From positions 12,304,550 through 12,368,549 of the forward strand of contig NC_090404.1 in assembly GCF_036365525.1 (NCBI RefSeq): a stretch of DNA of 64,000 nucleotides, read 5' to 3'. The notes beneath the pieces are model-generated. The model saw only the letters and a program-made list of their open reading frames with translations. It did not search any database and was not told where the DNA came from. The stretch is from Heterodontus francisci (Eukaryota). Positions 26,714-39,900 of this stretch are shown here, piece after piece (within the stretch, counting starts at the first letter, position 1; every line of letters starts with the position of its first letter). Made by a program: the position numbers and the translations under genes.

Positions 26714-29339
26714 CTGAGAAGCTTCAATCCACTCACACTTCAATCTGACTGAAGCTGTTTGACAAATCTCTAAAATGCTTCATGGAACAAAAATAAAAAC
26801 TTGAGATAATTGCCCCAGTCCATGAAATCTCAGCTTTATTCTTTTTTTTTTTGCTGGTCAATTGATTGGTTGAATTTTGGGCGCTGTGGATTTTCGTGAT
26901 CTGTTTATTAACATTTCTGAATCAAAAAATAATGTCCTCTTGGTGCCTCTAAAAGTAAAACACCTTCAGTTGACAGATCCGAATCTTCAGCTAAGAAAAA
27001 TCATCAGTGACATTTTCGTCTCTCTGTTTGAAATCTGTGAGATAATCGTGACTATAATATAAAGACATATCAGCATTGTACTATTCTTTGAAATGCATGT
27101 ATAAATAAGTAATTTTCTCACTCCTTATTCACAATTGTTTCCTTCCCTTTACGTTGAGCCTCTGTTTTCTCTCTGTGGTCTTTTACATTTATATAAACTG
27201 CTGGCAGCTCAGACCGGAAGTGTTCTATTCTCAACATGATAATTAATTGTTTTAATCACTTTGTATTAACTGTAAAAAAAGCTGTAAAATTTTCTCTGTG
27301 AAACTGTTAATAAATCATGCTTGAAAAATTGATTACGTTGGACTTTGCAGAATAATTTCCTCCATGGCTTCTCCATACCGCTCCATTTTCCATATCACTC
27401 GATTTTCTCCCTTTTCCCTGGCAGATATTTTTCAATCAGTACTGTTTGGGTTGTGTTGTTGTGTTTGTGCATTGGACCCTTTTGCTAAGGGGAATGGCAC
27501 CACCCAGTGTCCCATCAGAGTAAAGACACTTTTAGCTCTGCCTGTTGAAGTCAAGTCCCAGAGGCAGTATGACTGCACAGCGGCCAGGAGAACCTCAATG
27601 ACTTCTCTTGTCGACTGTCACAATCACGTGCCAGGTTATATGAAAGAGCAGGGCTGTGCTCCACCACAGCTTGATACAGTACAGTATATGGAAGAATAAA
27701 TCTCCCTCTACACTGTCTAATCAAACACTCCTAAGGACATGTACAACACTGGTTAGGTACGGGGAGATGTTCCCTGTATAGTGTCCCATCAAACACTCCC
27801 AAGGCCTTGTACAACACAGGTTGGGTACAGAGTGATGCTCCCTTTACACTGTCCCATCAAATACTTCCAGAACAGGTACAGCACGGGTTAGATATATTAC
27901 CTGGGCACAACAGTGAGCACACACCCTGGGAACAATTCCCAGAGGCTAGAGTCTATTTGACACACCAGGGAGCACAATCCCTGGGAATGATCACAAGACC
28001 ATGAAGCCGACCCGACACAGAGACTCTATCTTCGCATTTTCTATGATACACACAGACAGATTCTCCACAAGCACATACACGCAAACACACACACATACGC
28101 ACACTCCACTTTTCTGTTCTGCCCACGCTGTCTCTCTGCCTCTACCTTTTCTGTTAGATCCATTAATCCTGCCACAGTCTCCTGTTCCCCTGATTACCTT
28201 TCTCCCTGCCAGCTCCATTTCTTCTGATGCAAATATCCCTGAACACACTGAACATCACCCCAGGGATCCTCTCTCCCTGCACCATTCCCTGTGATACTAT
28301 CTCCCTGAACTCACTGAACATTACTCCAGGCATTCGCCAGTGACCTTGACGCTGTCCCTTCCTGAAGTTTCTCGCGACCTCCTTCACCATCTCATCACAT
28401 TCTTTCGGCGCCTCCCGGCCACGCGAACTTCTGCAGATGTTTCTGCTGAGAACCGAGATTCTTTTGAGATTTTCCTTCCACTGGGCAGCCGCTTTTCCTC
28501 TAAACATCTGCTGGTCAGGTGCGACGTCTCCTGTGGTTGAATATCGCATTAGTTAAGGGAAGAGAGAATTAACGGCCCTTCTGAAGGGCTCGGAATGATA
28601 TTTGGGAAAGGCTGGCGTTGATGCTTGAACTTTATCCTTGCCCCACTCTCTCTCCCTCTTCCACCCCACTGCCGTCATTCGGGGCTACCCTGACCTCTAA
28701 GCTTATCTTTAACCTCCATCAATGTCTCTCTCGATCTCTCTGCACATTCGCTAGGCTCGAGCAGACATAATCGGTGCATGGCCCCTTTACATGCCAGGCC
28801 AGACCAATCTTGGGTCACAGCCGTGGCTCATGGGTCACAGAGGTTAAGCGGAGACTGCAAACGGCACGGGACCGCTTGACCCATAATTAATTCGGGGAAA
28901 CAACCAATCATGGTCCTGCGAATTTCGGAAAGCATTGTGGCGTCATCCACAGAAGCGCAAACCGGCGTGCGCCACGTTTGTGTGACGTTCCGCACTGCCC
29001 TTGTTTGTCGTTTATTTAAAAGAGGAACTCGATTGAAAGGAAAACAGACTTCAGTTTCCACCAAAATAACAGCTCCACCTTAATCTTCAAAAGTGAAACC
29101 TTAATCTATGAAAGTGAAACTTTGGTCAGCGCTGTGGTTAAACCGGTTGTGGATGTAAGCATGTACGGCCGGTGCCACAAATAGGGCCTTTCCCAGCCGC
29201 TATGAATTGTGGGAGTCGTATCTCTCCGTGGCCCAGTCATGAACTGTGAATTCAAACCCAACCTCCTTCCAGCAGCGAACTGCCCGGGTTGTTGGTTTTG
29301 ACTGACTCAAAAATGAGGTGCTAACCTAATGAAGCTACG

Positions 29340-32300
29340 ACACAGGCTACATGCATGCTAAACAGCAAAAGCAGCATGTCATAGCGAGAGCTAAACAATC
29401 CGACAAACAGATGATTAGAGCAAAGCTCTGCATCCCTGCCCCAACCAGTCATGAATGGTTTTGAGGAATTGAACAACTAACTGGAGGCAAAGGGTCCAAA
29501 AACATCCCCAACATAAATGATGGGCGAGTCCAGCACGTCAGTGCAAAAGACAACGCTGAAGCATCTGCAAACACACACAACCAGAAGTGCCGAGTGGCTG
29601 ATGCATCTTGTCCTCCTCCAGAGGTCCTCAGTATCACCGATGGGAGTCGTCATCCAATTCGATTCACTTGACATGATACCACAAAATCACTGAAGGTACT
29701 GGATACAGCAAAGGTTAGGGGCCCTGACAAGATCCCTTGTGTAGTGAACCCTTGTGTTCTGGAATTAGTCGCACCCCTAGCCAAGCTGTCCTACTACAGC
29801 TACAACACTGGCATCTAGCCAATAATGTGGGAAATTGCCCAGGTATGTCCTGTCCACAAGCAGTTGGACAAATCCAATCTGGCCAGTTGCTGCCCCATCA
29901 ATCTACTCTGGACCGTCAGCAAAGTGATGGAATGTGTCATTGACAATGTTATCAACAGCACTTATTCAATTATAACTTGCTCACTCATGCTCAGTTTGGG
30001 TTCCACGAGGACCACGCAGCTCCAGACCTCATTACAGCCATGGTCCAAGTATGGGCAAAAGAGCTGAATTCAAGAGGTGAGGCGAGAATGACTGCCCTTG
30101 ATATCAAGGCAGCATTTGACTGAGGGTGGTGTTTATGAGCCTTCGAAAAACTGAAGTCAATAGGAATCAAGAGGGAAACTGTCCTCTGGTTGGAGTCGTT
30201 CCGCGGACAAAGGGGGACAGCTGTGGTTGTTGGAAGCCAATCATTTCAGCCATATGACATGGCTGCAGGAGTGCTTCCCACATACTGTCGAATTCAATCC
30301 CTTGAGAAGAGGTGAGATTGACTGCCCTTGACAACAAAGCAGCATTTGACTGAGTATGGCATCACGGAGCCTGACCAAAACGGGAGGCAATGGGAATCAG
30401 GGGGAAAGCTCTCCGTTGGTTGGAGTCATACCTAAGCGCAAAGGAAGATGGTTGTGGTTGTTGGAAGTCAATCATCTCAGCTCCAGGACATCACTGTAGG
30501 AGTTCCTTAGGATAGTGTCCTAGGCCCAAACTTCTTCATCTGCTTCATCAATGAACTTCCTTCAATCATAAGGTCAGAAGTGGGACTGTTCACTAATGAT
30601 TCAGTACCATTCACAACTCCCCAGGTAGTGAAGTAGTCCCTGTAGAAATGCATCAAGACCTGGGCAACATTCAAACTTGAGCTGATAAGTGGCACATAAC
30701 ATTTGCACCACACATGTGCCAAGCAACGACCATCTCGAAGAAGAGAGAATCTAACTATCTCCCCTTGACATTCAATTGTGCTACCATCACTGAATTCACC
30801 ACCATTAATATCTTGGGGTTTACCATTGACCAGAAACTTAATTGGAACATCCATATAAATACTGTTGCGACAAGAGCAGTTCAGAGGTTGGGAATTCTGA
30901 GGTGAGTAACTCACTTCCTGACTCCCCAATATTGTCCCATCATCTACAATATGATTGTCCAGCCTTTTTGGTGGGGGTGGGGGGGGGGGGGGACATTACT
31001 ATTTTTGTCTTACACATGAGGCCGGTGAGGCAATTTTGGAAGGACAAAGGCACTAAAATGTATTTTTTACAATTAATCTAAGTAGAAACAAATGTACATT
31101 TTTGTGACAAAGCTTAAAATGAGAATACTAATTAATTGACTTACTTTCTCTTCTCTATGTTGGACACTGATTTAATGAAATACCTGGCATTTTTGTGCTT
31201 GCACAAGTCGTCAATATTTGCCCGCACACTTTTAGTGATGCGGAGTATTCTGAATAGGTGTCCTTCTGTCAGGAGTGATCTTGATCACTCCCCCTTTCTC
31301 TCTATTCTCTGTCTTTCCCTCTCTGTCCCCCTTCCTCTCTCGCTGTCCCCTTTCCTTCACTGTCTCTCTTTGCCCCCGTCACTCCCACTCTCTCTCTGTC
31401 CCCTCTCTCTCTGTCATCTTCTCTCTCTCCATCACCCTCTTCTCTCTTTCCCACTCTCTCGATGTCCCCTCCCTCTTGCTATATCTCTCTGTCTCCCTTT
31501 CTGTCTCTTTTTCTCTATTACTCTTTCTCTGTTCCCGCTCACTCTTTCCTCTTTCTCTCTCTGTGCCCCTTTCTCTCTGTCTCTCTCTCTCTCTTTCTCT
31601 GTCTCTCTCTGTGCCCCCCTCCCTCCCTCTCTCCCTCTGACAGTTGCAGAGGGGAACGCTCGGCAGATGGCTAATCAGTTTATTTTTAAAAAAAATCGCC
31701 CTGTCAGTTCCACAGCTGACAGTTACACAAATTTGGACAGGTTCAGGTTTTTTTAAAGCCCACCAGAAAACTCCGAATCTGCCCAAAGTTAGAAAAAGCA
31801 TGCTCCCACTGTCACTGACTGTCTACTGTAAAATTGACTTCCGATCTTTTTAAAAGCCGGTCTGCAAGAAGAAGACAAAGGGAGATTTCTCATCTCCAGT
31901 CATGGACCCTAAGCGAGGATGAGAAATGGTCCGGTACAGTTTACAGCAGGCTGGATGGAAACTTTCGGCATGCCGGATCCTGGCCACCTGTCGTATGTTG
32001 GACAATCCTGAGCTACCAGAAACAAGTCAGGAGTGTGATGGAATACTCTCCACTTTCCTGGATGGGTGCAGCTCCAACAACACTCAAGAAGCTTGAAACC
32101 ATCCAGGACAAAGCAGCCCGCTAGACTGGCACTCCATCTAAACCCATCAACATTCACTCCCTTCATCACTGACGCACAGTGACAGCAATGTGTACCATCT
32201 GCAAGATGCACTGCAGCAACTCATCAAACCTCCTTCGACAGCACCTTCCAAACCCACGGATTCTACCACCAAGAAGGAAAAGGGCAGCAGATGCATGGGA

Positions 32301-32545
32301 GCGCCATCACCTGCACGTTCCTCACCAAGCCACACACCATAATGACTTGGAACTTTTCCTTCACTGTCACTGGGTTAGAAACCTACAGCTCCCTCCCTTA
32401 CAGCACTGTGGGTGTACCTGCATCAGATGGACTGCAGAGGTTCAAGAATGTGGCTCACCATCACCTTCTCAAGGACAATTAGGGATGGGCAACAAATGTC
32501 TCCCTTGCCGGTGAACGCTCACATCCCATGAAAGAATTTTTAAAA
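29340..32545 (+). mobile_element. Decayed family B LINE split by a DNA-transposon insertion
   Basis: Colinear with 8385-10250. Interrupted at ...CATCTACAA|...|CAAGTCAGGAGTGTG. Internal duplication at about 30062-30260 / 30305-30500. Confidence 0.87.
30950..32010. mobile_element. Non-autonomous hAT-like DNA transposon carrying a CT-rich tract
   Basis: Imperfect 14-bp TIRs (TATGATTGTCCAGC versus reverse complement CAGGATTGTCCAAC, 11/14). 8-bp TSD ATCTACAA / AGCTACCA (6/8). Confidence 0.7.
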
Positions 32546-33084
32546 ACAGTATAAATCAGCATCTTTATGCCTAATCGGACCAACCCACCTCTTATTACAC
32601 ACTTACCATTTACATGCAGGTACAGGATTTTGGGTTGCCTTTTATGTTAACTGTCATTGTAGTCTCAGATTCTCTCTCTATCTCTTCTCTCAACTTATTG
32701 TGTCCTTTGATTACCAATGTTTCTGTCAGTGGAATGACAACCTCATTATCACTTTGTCAAAAGCGATCATTATTTTGAACACAGCCATTAAATCATCCTT
32801 CAATCTTTTCTGCTTCAATTATGACTATCCCAGCTTTTCTACTGCCTCGGCATAATCAAAGTCACTCATCCCTTCAAGGGTTTATGTAAGAGATGCGGGG
32901 GTGGGGAAGGGGGGGTTGGTGGTGAGGCAGAAAGTTTTTTACACAGCGGGTAGTAATGACCCGACGAGGGTGGTGGAAGCAGACACGATGATAAAGGAAA
33001 CTAGATGGGCATTTGAAGGAAGTAAACTTGCAGGGCTACGGGGTTAGAGCGGATCAATGGGACTGATTGAATTACTCTATCAGC

Positions 33085-33440
33085 AACTGCCAGCTTGGCT
33101 CATTCGATCTCACTCCTGTATCTGAGTTGGCAGGTTCTAGCATCAAGCTTCACTCCAGAGACTTCAGTCCATAATCCCGGCTGACACTCCCGGTATCAGT
33201 ACTGGGGGAGCGCTGAACTGTTGGAGTTGCTACATTTTGGATGAGATGTTAAATGGCTAGCCCAGCAGCACTCTTAGTAAAAGATCCTATGGACACTATT
33301 GGTAAAAGGACAGCGGATTTCTCCCTGATGTCCTGGGCCAATTCTTGTTTCTGACATTAACACGTTATTCTTTGTGGGAATTTGCTGTGTGCATATCATC
33401 TTCTGCTTTTCATACATTACAACAGTGACTACACTTCAGA
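33085..33440 (+). mobile_element. Deu-domain SINE
   Basis: GGATGAGATGTTAAA...AAAGATCCTATGG...TGTCCTGGGCCAAT...TTTGTGGGAATTTGCTGTG. Confidence 0.65.
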
Positions 33441-34214
33441 ATTACCATGAGTCAGGCAGGCGGGATTTCCTAGAGGACATTATTCGTAGATATGGAATAT
33501 TAAGTATTGCAATTCCTGGAACTGTCTCACTTCCAGAATCACGCAGATAATGTTATTTATTTGGCAGAGCCTCACGCCTGGACGATGGGGTGCTGCGCCT
33601 TTCAAGGGAGCCGATTGGATTTGCACCAACTCACAAACAGTACTTCAGCCCACACCCTAAATGTTTCTCTACATCTGAGCAAGCAACATAAGACTGAACT
33701 CAGAGCAGCTAGACTTTAAGTTAAATTAGCTTCATTAATCTGCTCAAACTTTCTCCTCCATCTTTTGCGTACCCACATCCTTCAAAATAGGGCTTTCGAT
33801 GGCCCAGATTTAACGGCAAAAAATAAGATGAAAAACGTAGGCTGCCAGTTGTTATAGTAAAAACTATGATGAAATATGTGAGTTCGAATACGTTCCTCTT
33901 CTGGTCGGTAACCCTGAGCAACGGTTTCCATCTGTTGCTTGTTAAGACAAGGGGAATACGGCAGCATTAACCTCAATAGTACCAGTTATTATTTTTCTGT
34001 AATGCTTTTAGTGTTGGGAATGTGTGAGAATGGGAGGACAAGTGCAGAGAGGGTTGCAATCCGGGAAATGTTACAATAATCAGCAAGCCGCTTGAAATGC
34101 AGCAGAGGACTGTGAAAATCTGCAAATAAGTTGCAGTTCACCGCTTTTTTGAGTGATCTTCGGGGCCGTTTATTTTTTATTTCATTATACTTACATGTTA
34201 AATGTATGCTTTGA

Positions 34215-35380
34215 CGGAATATGGTCCTTGCTGGCAACATTTGTTGCCCATGCCTAATTGCCCTTGAGAAGGTGGTGGTGAGCTGCCTACTTGAACCGCT
34301 GAAGTCCATGTGCAGCAGATACACCCACAGTGCTGTTAGGAAGGGAGTTACAGGAATTTGAACGAGCGATAGTGAAGGAATGGCGATATAGTTCCAAGTC
34401 AGGATGGTGTGTGGCTTGGAGGGGAACTTTCAGCGGCTCATGTTCCCACGCATCTGCTGCCCTTATACTTCTAGTGGTAGAGGTCTCAGACTTGGAAGGT
34501 GGGGTCGAAGAATCCTCAGCGAGTTGTTGCATTGCATCTAGTATATCGTACACATTTGTTGCCCATGCCTAATTGCCCTTGAGAAGGTGGTGGTGAGCTG
34601 CCTTCTTGAACCGCTGAAGTCCATGTGCAGCAGATACACCCACAGTGCTGTTAGGAAGGGAGTTACAGGAATTTGTGTGTCGGTAATGGAGGGACTGAAT
34701 GTTTAAGGTTGTGAATGAGGTGCCAATCAAGCGGTCGGCTTGTCCTGGATGGTGTCGGGATTCCTGAGTGTTTCTGAAGCCGCAGTCATCCAGGCAAGTG
34801 GAGAGTATTCTATCACACTCCTGACATGTGCCTTGTAGATGGTGAACAGACATGAACAGAATGAGAATTCCCAGCCTCTGCCCTGCTCTGAAAGCCACAG
34901 TATTTATGTAACTGGTGCAGTTCAGTTTCTGATCAATGGTGACCCCCTGCGATGTTGATATTAGAGGTTTAGTGATCGTAATAACATTTATTGTCAAGGT
35001 AGGAGATCACGCTTTCTCTTGGAGATGGCCATTGGTTCACACTTACATTGTGCGAATGTTATTTGCCACTTATCCACGAAACCTGAATGTTGAAAGTTGC
35101 ATGCTGGCACAGACTGCTTCAATATCTGAAGAGTCGTGAATGGTGCTGAACATTATGCAATCATCAGCGAACATATTCACTTCTGACCTTACGATGGAGG
35201 GAAGGTCATTGATGTAGCAGCTGAAGACGGTGGAGCCTAGGACACGACACTAAGGAATTCCTGCAGCAATGTCCTGGGGCTGAGATGTTTGGCCTCCAAC
35301 CACCACCACCATTTTCCTTTGTTTTAGGCATGACTCCAACCACTTAGACAGTTTTCCCGTGATTCCCTTTGACTTCAATA
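34215..35380 (-). mobile_element. Family B LINE 3' fragment with duplicated tail segment
   Basis: Reverse complement of the 8385-10250 family; SCNSLPNSTVGV...LQRFKKAAHHHLLKGN. Confidence 0.88.
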
Positions 35381-36409
35381 GAATTCGCTAATTGACTTGT
35401 TCTTCTATACAACAGTTTTCATTTTTTAAAATAAGAATGGACAGTAGATTCTATTAGCTTGGAGGGCAAGGTCTCCTGTGAATAAAAACAGAAATCTTTC
35501 AATCATTTTACATTAATTTCAACCTTTCAAGCTCCAAGAAATGGAAAACTCTTTCTTACTTCGTGTAGAGGAAGGCACATTAGGAAAGTAAGGAAAGAAA
35601 CATGAAAGAAAGTGAGAAATAATAACTGCGAAACACAAAGCTACAAAGTAAGAGAAAGCCACGAATAAAGCAGTTCAGAAATAAAAATACATTTTCCTTT
35701 CAATTCACTCGGATTTCCCTTCCTCCTATTTACATAGTTGAATTGTTTGTCACACGTCACCCAACAATCGGCGCTGAAAACTGCGCCATAGGTGAACTCG
35801 CACTTTACCCATTATCCGGATACTGTAAAGTTCACAGCGTCACCGCCAGCCGGCGCAGTGGTCACACATTTCTCACTGTTATCAGCAAGAAATTATCGAG
35901 ATAAAACTTTGTGGTAACACTGCCAGAATTTCCATTTGCTGCTCTCGCTCTCATCCGCCTTTCCTGGCCTGTGCTATTGGTGAGATTTCTGCTGCTGTTC
36001 CCTGTTTGGCATTGGTTGGATCAGCAGTGCAGTGGAATGGATATCTGTACTTCTGCTCTGATAGAAGTTTCCCAGACTGCCGAGTTACAGACTCAGGAAG
36101 CACAATGCGGAACCACATCTCACCACTCCTCATCACTTTTCAGGAAGCATTTTGTTTCCATTAAAATACATTATCCCCCTTAATGCTATAACCCTGATGT
36201 TATCGTTGGCAGAATGATGGTGATGATGAGGAGGAGGTGGAGGATGTGATGATGACTGTTGCTATTACTTGATATTCGAATGGAGTCACCAAGACACAGT
36301 GGACAGTCGGTTCCTGAATTGATTGTTGAAGAGGAAAACAATGTCACACCCGCCCGCACCTTGAAAACAAGCTATTCTAACCATTCTGTACTCTGCACAG
36401 TCAACACCC

Positions 36410-37530
36410 AGGACAACAAAGAACAAAGAATTGTACAGCACAGGAACAGGCCATTCGGCCCTCCAAGCCTGCTCCGATCTTGATGCCTGTGTAAATTGAA
36501 ACATTCTGCACTTCTGGGGACCGTATCTCTCTATTCCCATCCTATTCATGTATTTGTCAAGATGCCTCTTAAACGTCGCTATCGTACCTGCTTCCACCAC
36601 CTCCCCCGGCAGCAAGTTCCAGGCACTCACCACCCTCTGTGTAAAGAACTTGCCTCGCACATCCCCTCTAAACTTTGCCCCTCGCACCTTAAACCCATGC
36701 CCCCTAGTAACTGATTCTTCGACCCTGGGAAAAAGCTTCTGACTATCCACCCTGTCCATGCCACTCATAACTTTGTAAACCTCCCGCCCATCCACCTCCG
36801 TCGTTCCAATGAAAACAATCCGAGTTTATCCAACCTCTCCTCATAGCTAATGCCCCCCAGACCAGGCAACATCCTGGTAAACCTCTTCTGTAGCCTCTCC
36901 AAAGCCTCCACGTTCTTCTGGTAGTGTGGCGACCAGAATTACACGCAATATTCTAAGTGTGGCCTAACTAAGGTTCAGTACAGCTGCAGCATGACTTGCC
37001 AATTTTTATACTCTATGCCCCTAACGATGAAGGCATGCATGCCGTATGCCTTCTTGACTACTTTATCCAACTGCGTTGCCACTTTCAGTGACCTGTGGAC
37101 CTGTACGCCCAGATCTCTCTGCCTGTCAATACTCCTAAGGGTTCTGCCATTTACTATATACTTCCCACCTGTATTAGATCTTCCAAAATGCATTACCTCA
37201 CATTTGCCCGGATTAAACTCCATCTGGCATTTCTCTGCCCAAGTCTCCAACAGATCTATATCCTGCTGTATCCTCTGACAATCCTCATCACTATCCGCAA
37301 CTCCACCAACCTTTTTGTCGTCCGCAAACCTACTAATCAGACCAGCTGCATTTTCCTCCAAATCATTTATATATAATACACACAGCAAAGGCCCCAGCAC
37401 TGATCCCTGCAGATCAGCCCTCCATTCAGAAAAGCACCCTTCCACTGCTACCCTCTGTCTTCTATGACCAAGCCAGTTCTGTATCCATCTTGCCATCTCA
37501 CCTCTGATCCTGTGTGACTTCACCTTTTGT
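36410..37530 (-). mobile_element. CR1-like LINE (family A), young subfamily
   Basis: QGSVLGPLL, SRFADD, QMEFNPGKCEVMHFG; highly similar to 47040-48570. Confidence 0.92.
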
Positions 37531-37554
37531 ACCTCCCTGTCCACCGATATCTGA

Positions 37555-39900
37555 ACATAAGAAATAGGAGTAGGAGTAGGCCATACGTCCCCTTGAGCTT
37601 GCTTCACCATTCAGTAAGGTCATGGCTGATTTGATCTTGGCCTCAACTCCACTTTTCTGCCTGTTCTCCCTAACCCATGTCTACCCGATAACTCAAGAAT
37701 CTGTCTATCTATGTCAGCCTTGAATATATTCAATGACCCAGCCTCCACTGCTCTCGGAGGTAGAGAATTACAAAGATACACGCCATCCCACTGGAAGAAG
37801 TGCCTCCTGATCTCCGTTTTAAATAGGCAGCGCCCTATTCTGAAACCATGCCCTCAGTTCCAGATTCCCCCACGAGGGGAAACATGCTCTGATCAGCAAC
37901 ACTCAAATCCCCTCAGAATATTATATGTTTCAACAAGATCACTTCTCATTCTTATAAACTCCCATGAATTAAGGCCCAAACTGATCAACCTTTCCCCATA
38001 TGATAACCCCTTTGTCCCAGGAATCAACCTGGTGAACCTTCTCTGAACTGCCTCGAATGCAAGAATATGTGTCCTTAAATAAGGAGATAAAACTGCACGC
38101 AGCACTTAAGATGTTGTTTCACCAACGCCCTGTAAAGCCGTAGCAAAACCTTTCTACTTTTATGCTGCATTTATTTGCAACAAAGCCTAACTTTCCACTT
38201 GCCTTCCTAATTACTTGCTTTGACTGTATGCTAACCTTTTGTGTTTCGTGCACGTGGACACCCAGATCCCGTTGTACTACAGCATTCTGTAATCTCTCCC
38301 CATTTAAATAATATTGTGTTTTCTTATTCTTCCTACCAAAGTGGACAACATAAGGTTTTCCCACATTATACTTCATCAGCCAAATTTATGCCCACCCACT
38401 TAATCTACCTATTTCTCTTTGTAGACTCTGTGTGTGTTCCTCACAACTTGATTTCCCACCTATCTTTGTATTGTCAGCAAATTTGGCTACAATACACTCG
38501 GTCCCACATGTCATTAAGATAGACTGTGAATAGTTGAGGCCCCTGCGCTGATTTCTGTGGTACCTCACTAGCTACAGTTTGCCAACCCGTATATGACATA
38601 TTTATCCCGAGTCTCTGTTTTCTGTAAGTTAGCCAATCGTCTATCCATGCTAATATATGACCCCCAACACCATGAGTTCTTATCTTTTACAGTAACCCTT
38701 CATGTGGTACCTTATCAAAAGCCTTTTGGAAATCGAAATACCCTACATCTAAAGGTTCGCCTTTTCCCAACCTGCTCGTTACTTCCTCAAAGAACCCTAA
38801 TGAGTTTTTCAAACATGATTTCCCTTTCATAAAGCCATGTTACCTCTGCCGGATTGGATTATAGTTTTCTAAATATCCCGTTACTACTCCCTTGATAATA
38901 AATTCCAGCATTTTACCGATGTCAGAGGTTAGACTGACTAGTCTGTAGTTTCCTCATTGAAACATGTAAAATTCTCAAGGGGCTGGCTATGGTATACGCT
39001 GAGAGATCATTTCCATTGGTCGGGGAATCTAAAACATGGGGGCCCAGTTTCAGGATAAGGGGCCGATAAGTTAGGACTGAGATGAGGAGAAATTACTTCA
39101 CTCAAAGAGTTGTGAATCTTTGGAAATCTCTACCCCAGAGGGTTGTGGAAGCTCCATCGTTGAATACATTTAAAGCTGAGATAGACAGTTTTTGGTCTCT
39201 CAGGGAATCAAGGGGTTTGGCGAGCGGGAGGGAAAGTGGAATTGTATCCTAAAATCAGCCATGATCATTTTGAATGGCACAGCAGGCTCGATAGGCCATA
39301 AGGCCTACATCTGCTCTTATTTCTTATGTTTTTATGTCCTGCTTTCTGTGACCCTCCTTTCTTGAATAGAAGCGAAACATTTCTGGTTTTCCAATCTGCT
39401 GGGGCCTTTCCAGAATCTAGGGAGTTTTGGAAGCTTACAAACAATGCATTCACAATCTCAGCAGCCACTTCTTTTAAGACTCCAGAATGGAGGCCATCAG
39501 ATCTGGACGACGTTTCAGCCTTCAGTTCCATTATCTTGCTTTGCACTTTTTCTCCAGTGATAATGATTGTTTTACGTTCCTCCCTCCCTTTTCCCCTTAA
39601 TTCTCTACGATTATAGGGATGCATTTACTGTATTCTACCATGAAAACAGATGCAAAACATTTGCTCAAAGTGTCTCCCATTTCCTTGTTTCTTACTACCA
39701 ATTTCTCAGTTTCATCTTCTGAGGACCAACGTTTACTTTAGCTACTCTCTTCCTTATTATATACTTTAGAAACACTTACTGTTTGTTTTTTATATTTCTT
39801 ACTAGTTTACTTTCTTAATCTATTTTCTCTCTGCTCTCTTTTCTTTCGTCATCTTTTGCTGGTTTCTAAAATTTTCCCAATATTCTGGTCTACCAACAAT
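37555..39900. mobile_element. Nested CR1-like LINE fragments (mostly minus strand)
   Basis: AKFADNTKIGG, FEAVQRRFTRLIPG and PADWKTRNVSLLFKKG remnants. Confidence 0.82.

Noticed and set aside
26714-27400. IgM TM2 exon
   Set aside because: I could not find a convincing AG|GTGAAR-stop exon, so it is not annotated.
35911-35985. Hydrophobic stretch ending in GTGAGA as an orphan V leader
   Set aside because: No ATG, the hydrophobic frame is phase 0 rather than phase 1, and no V exon follows.
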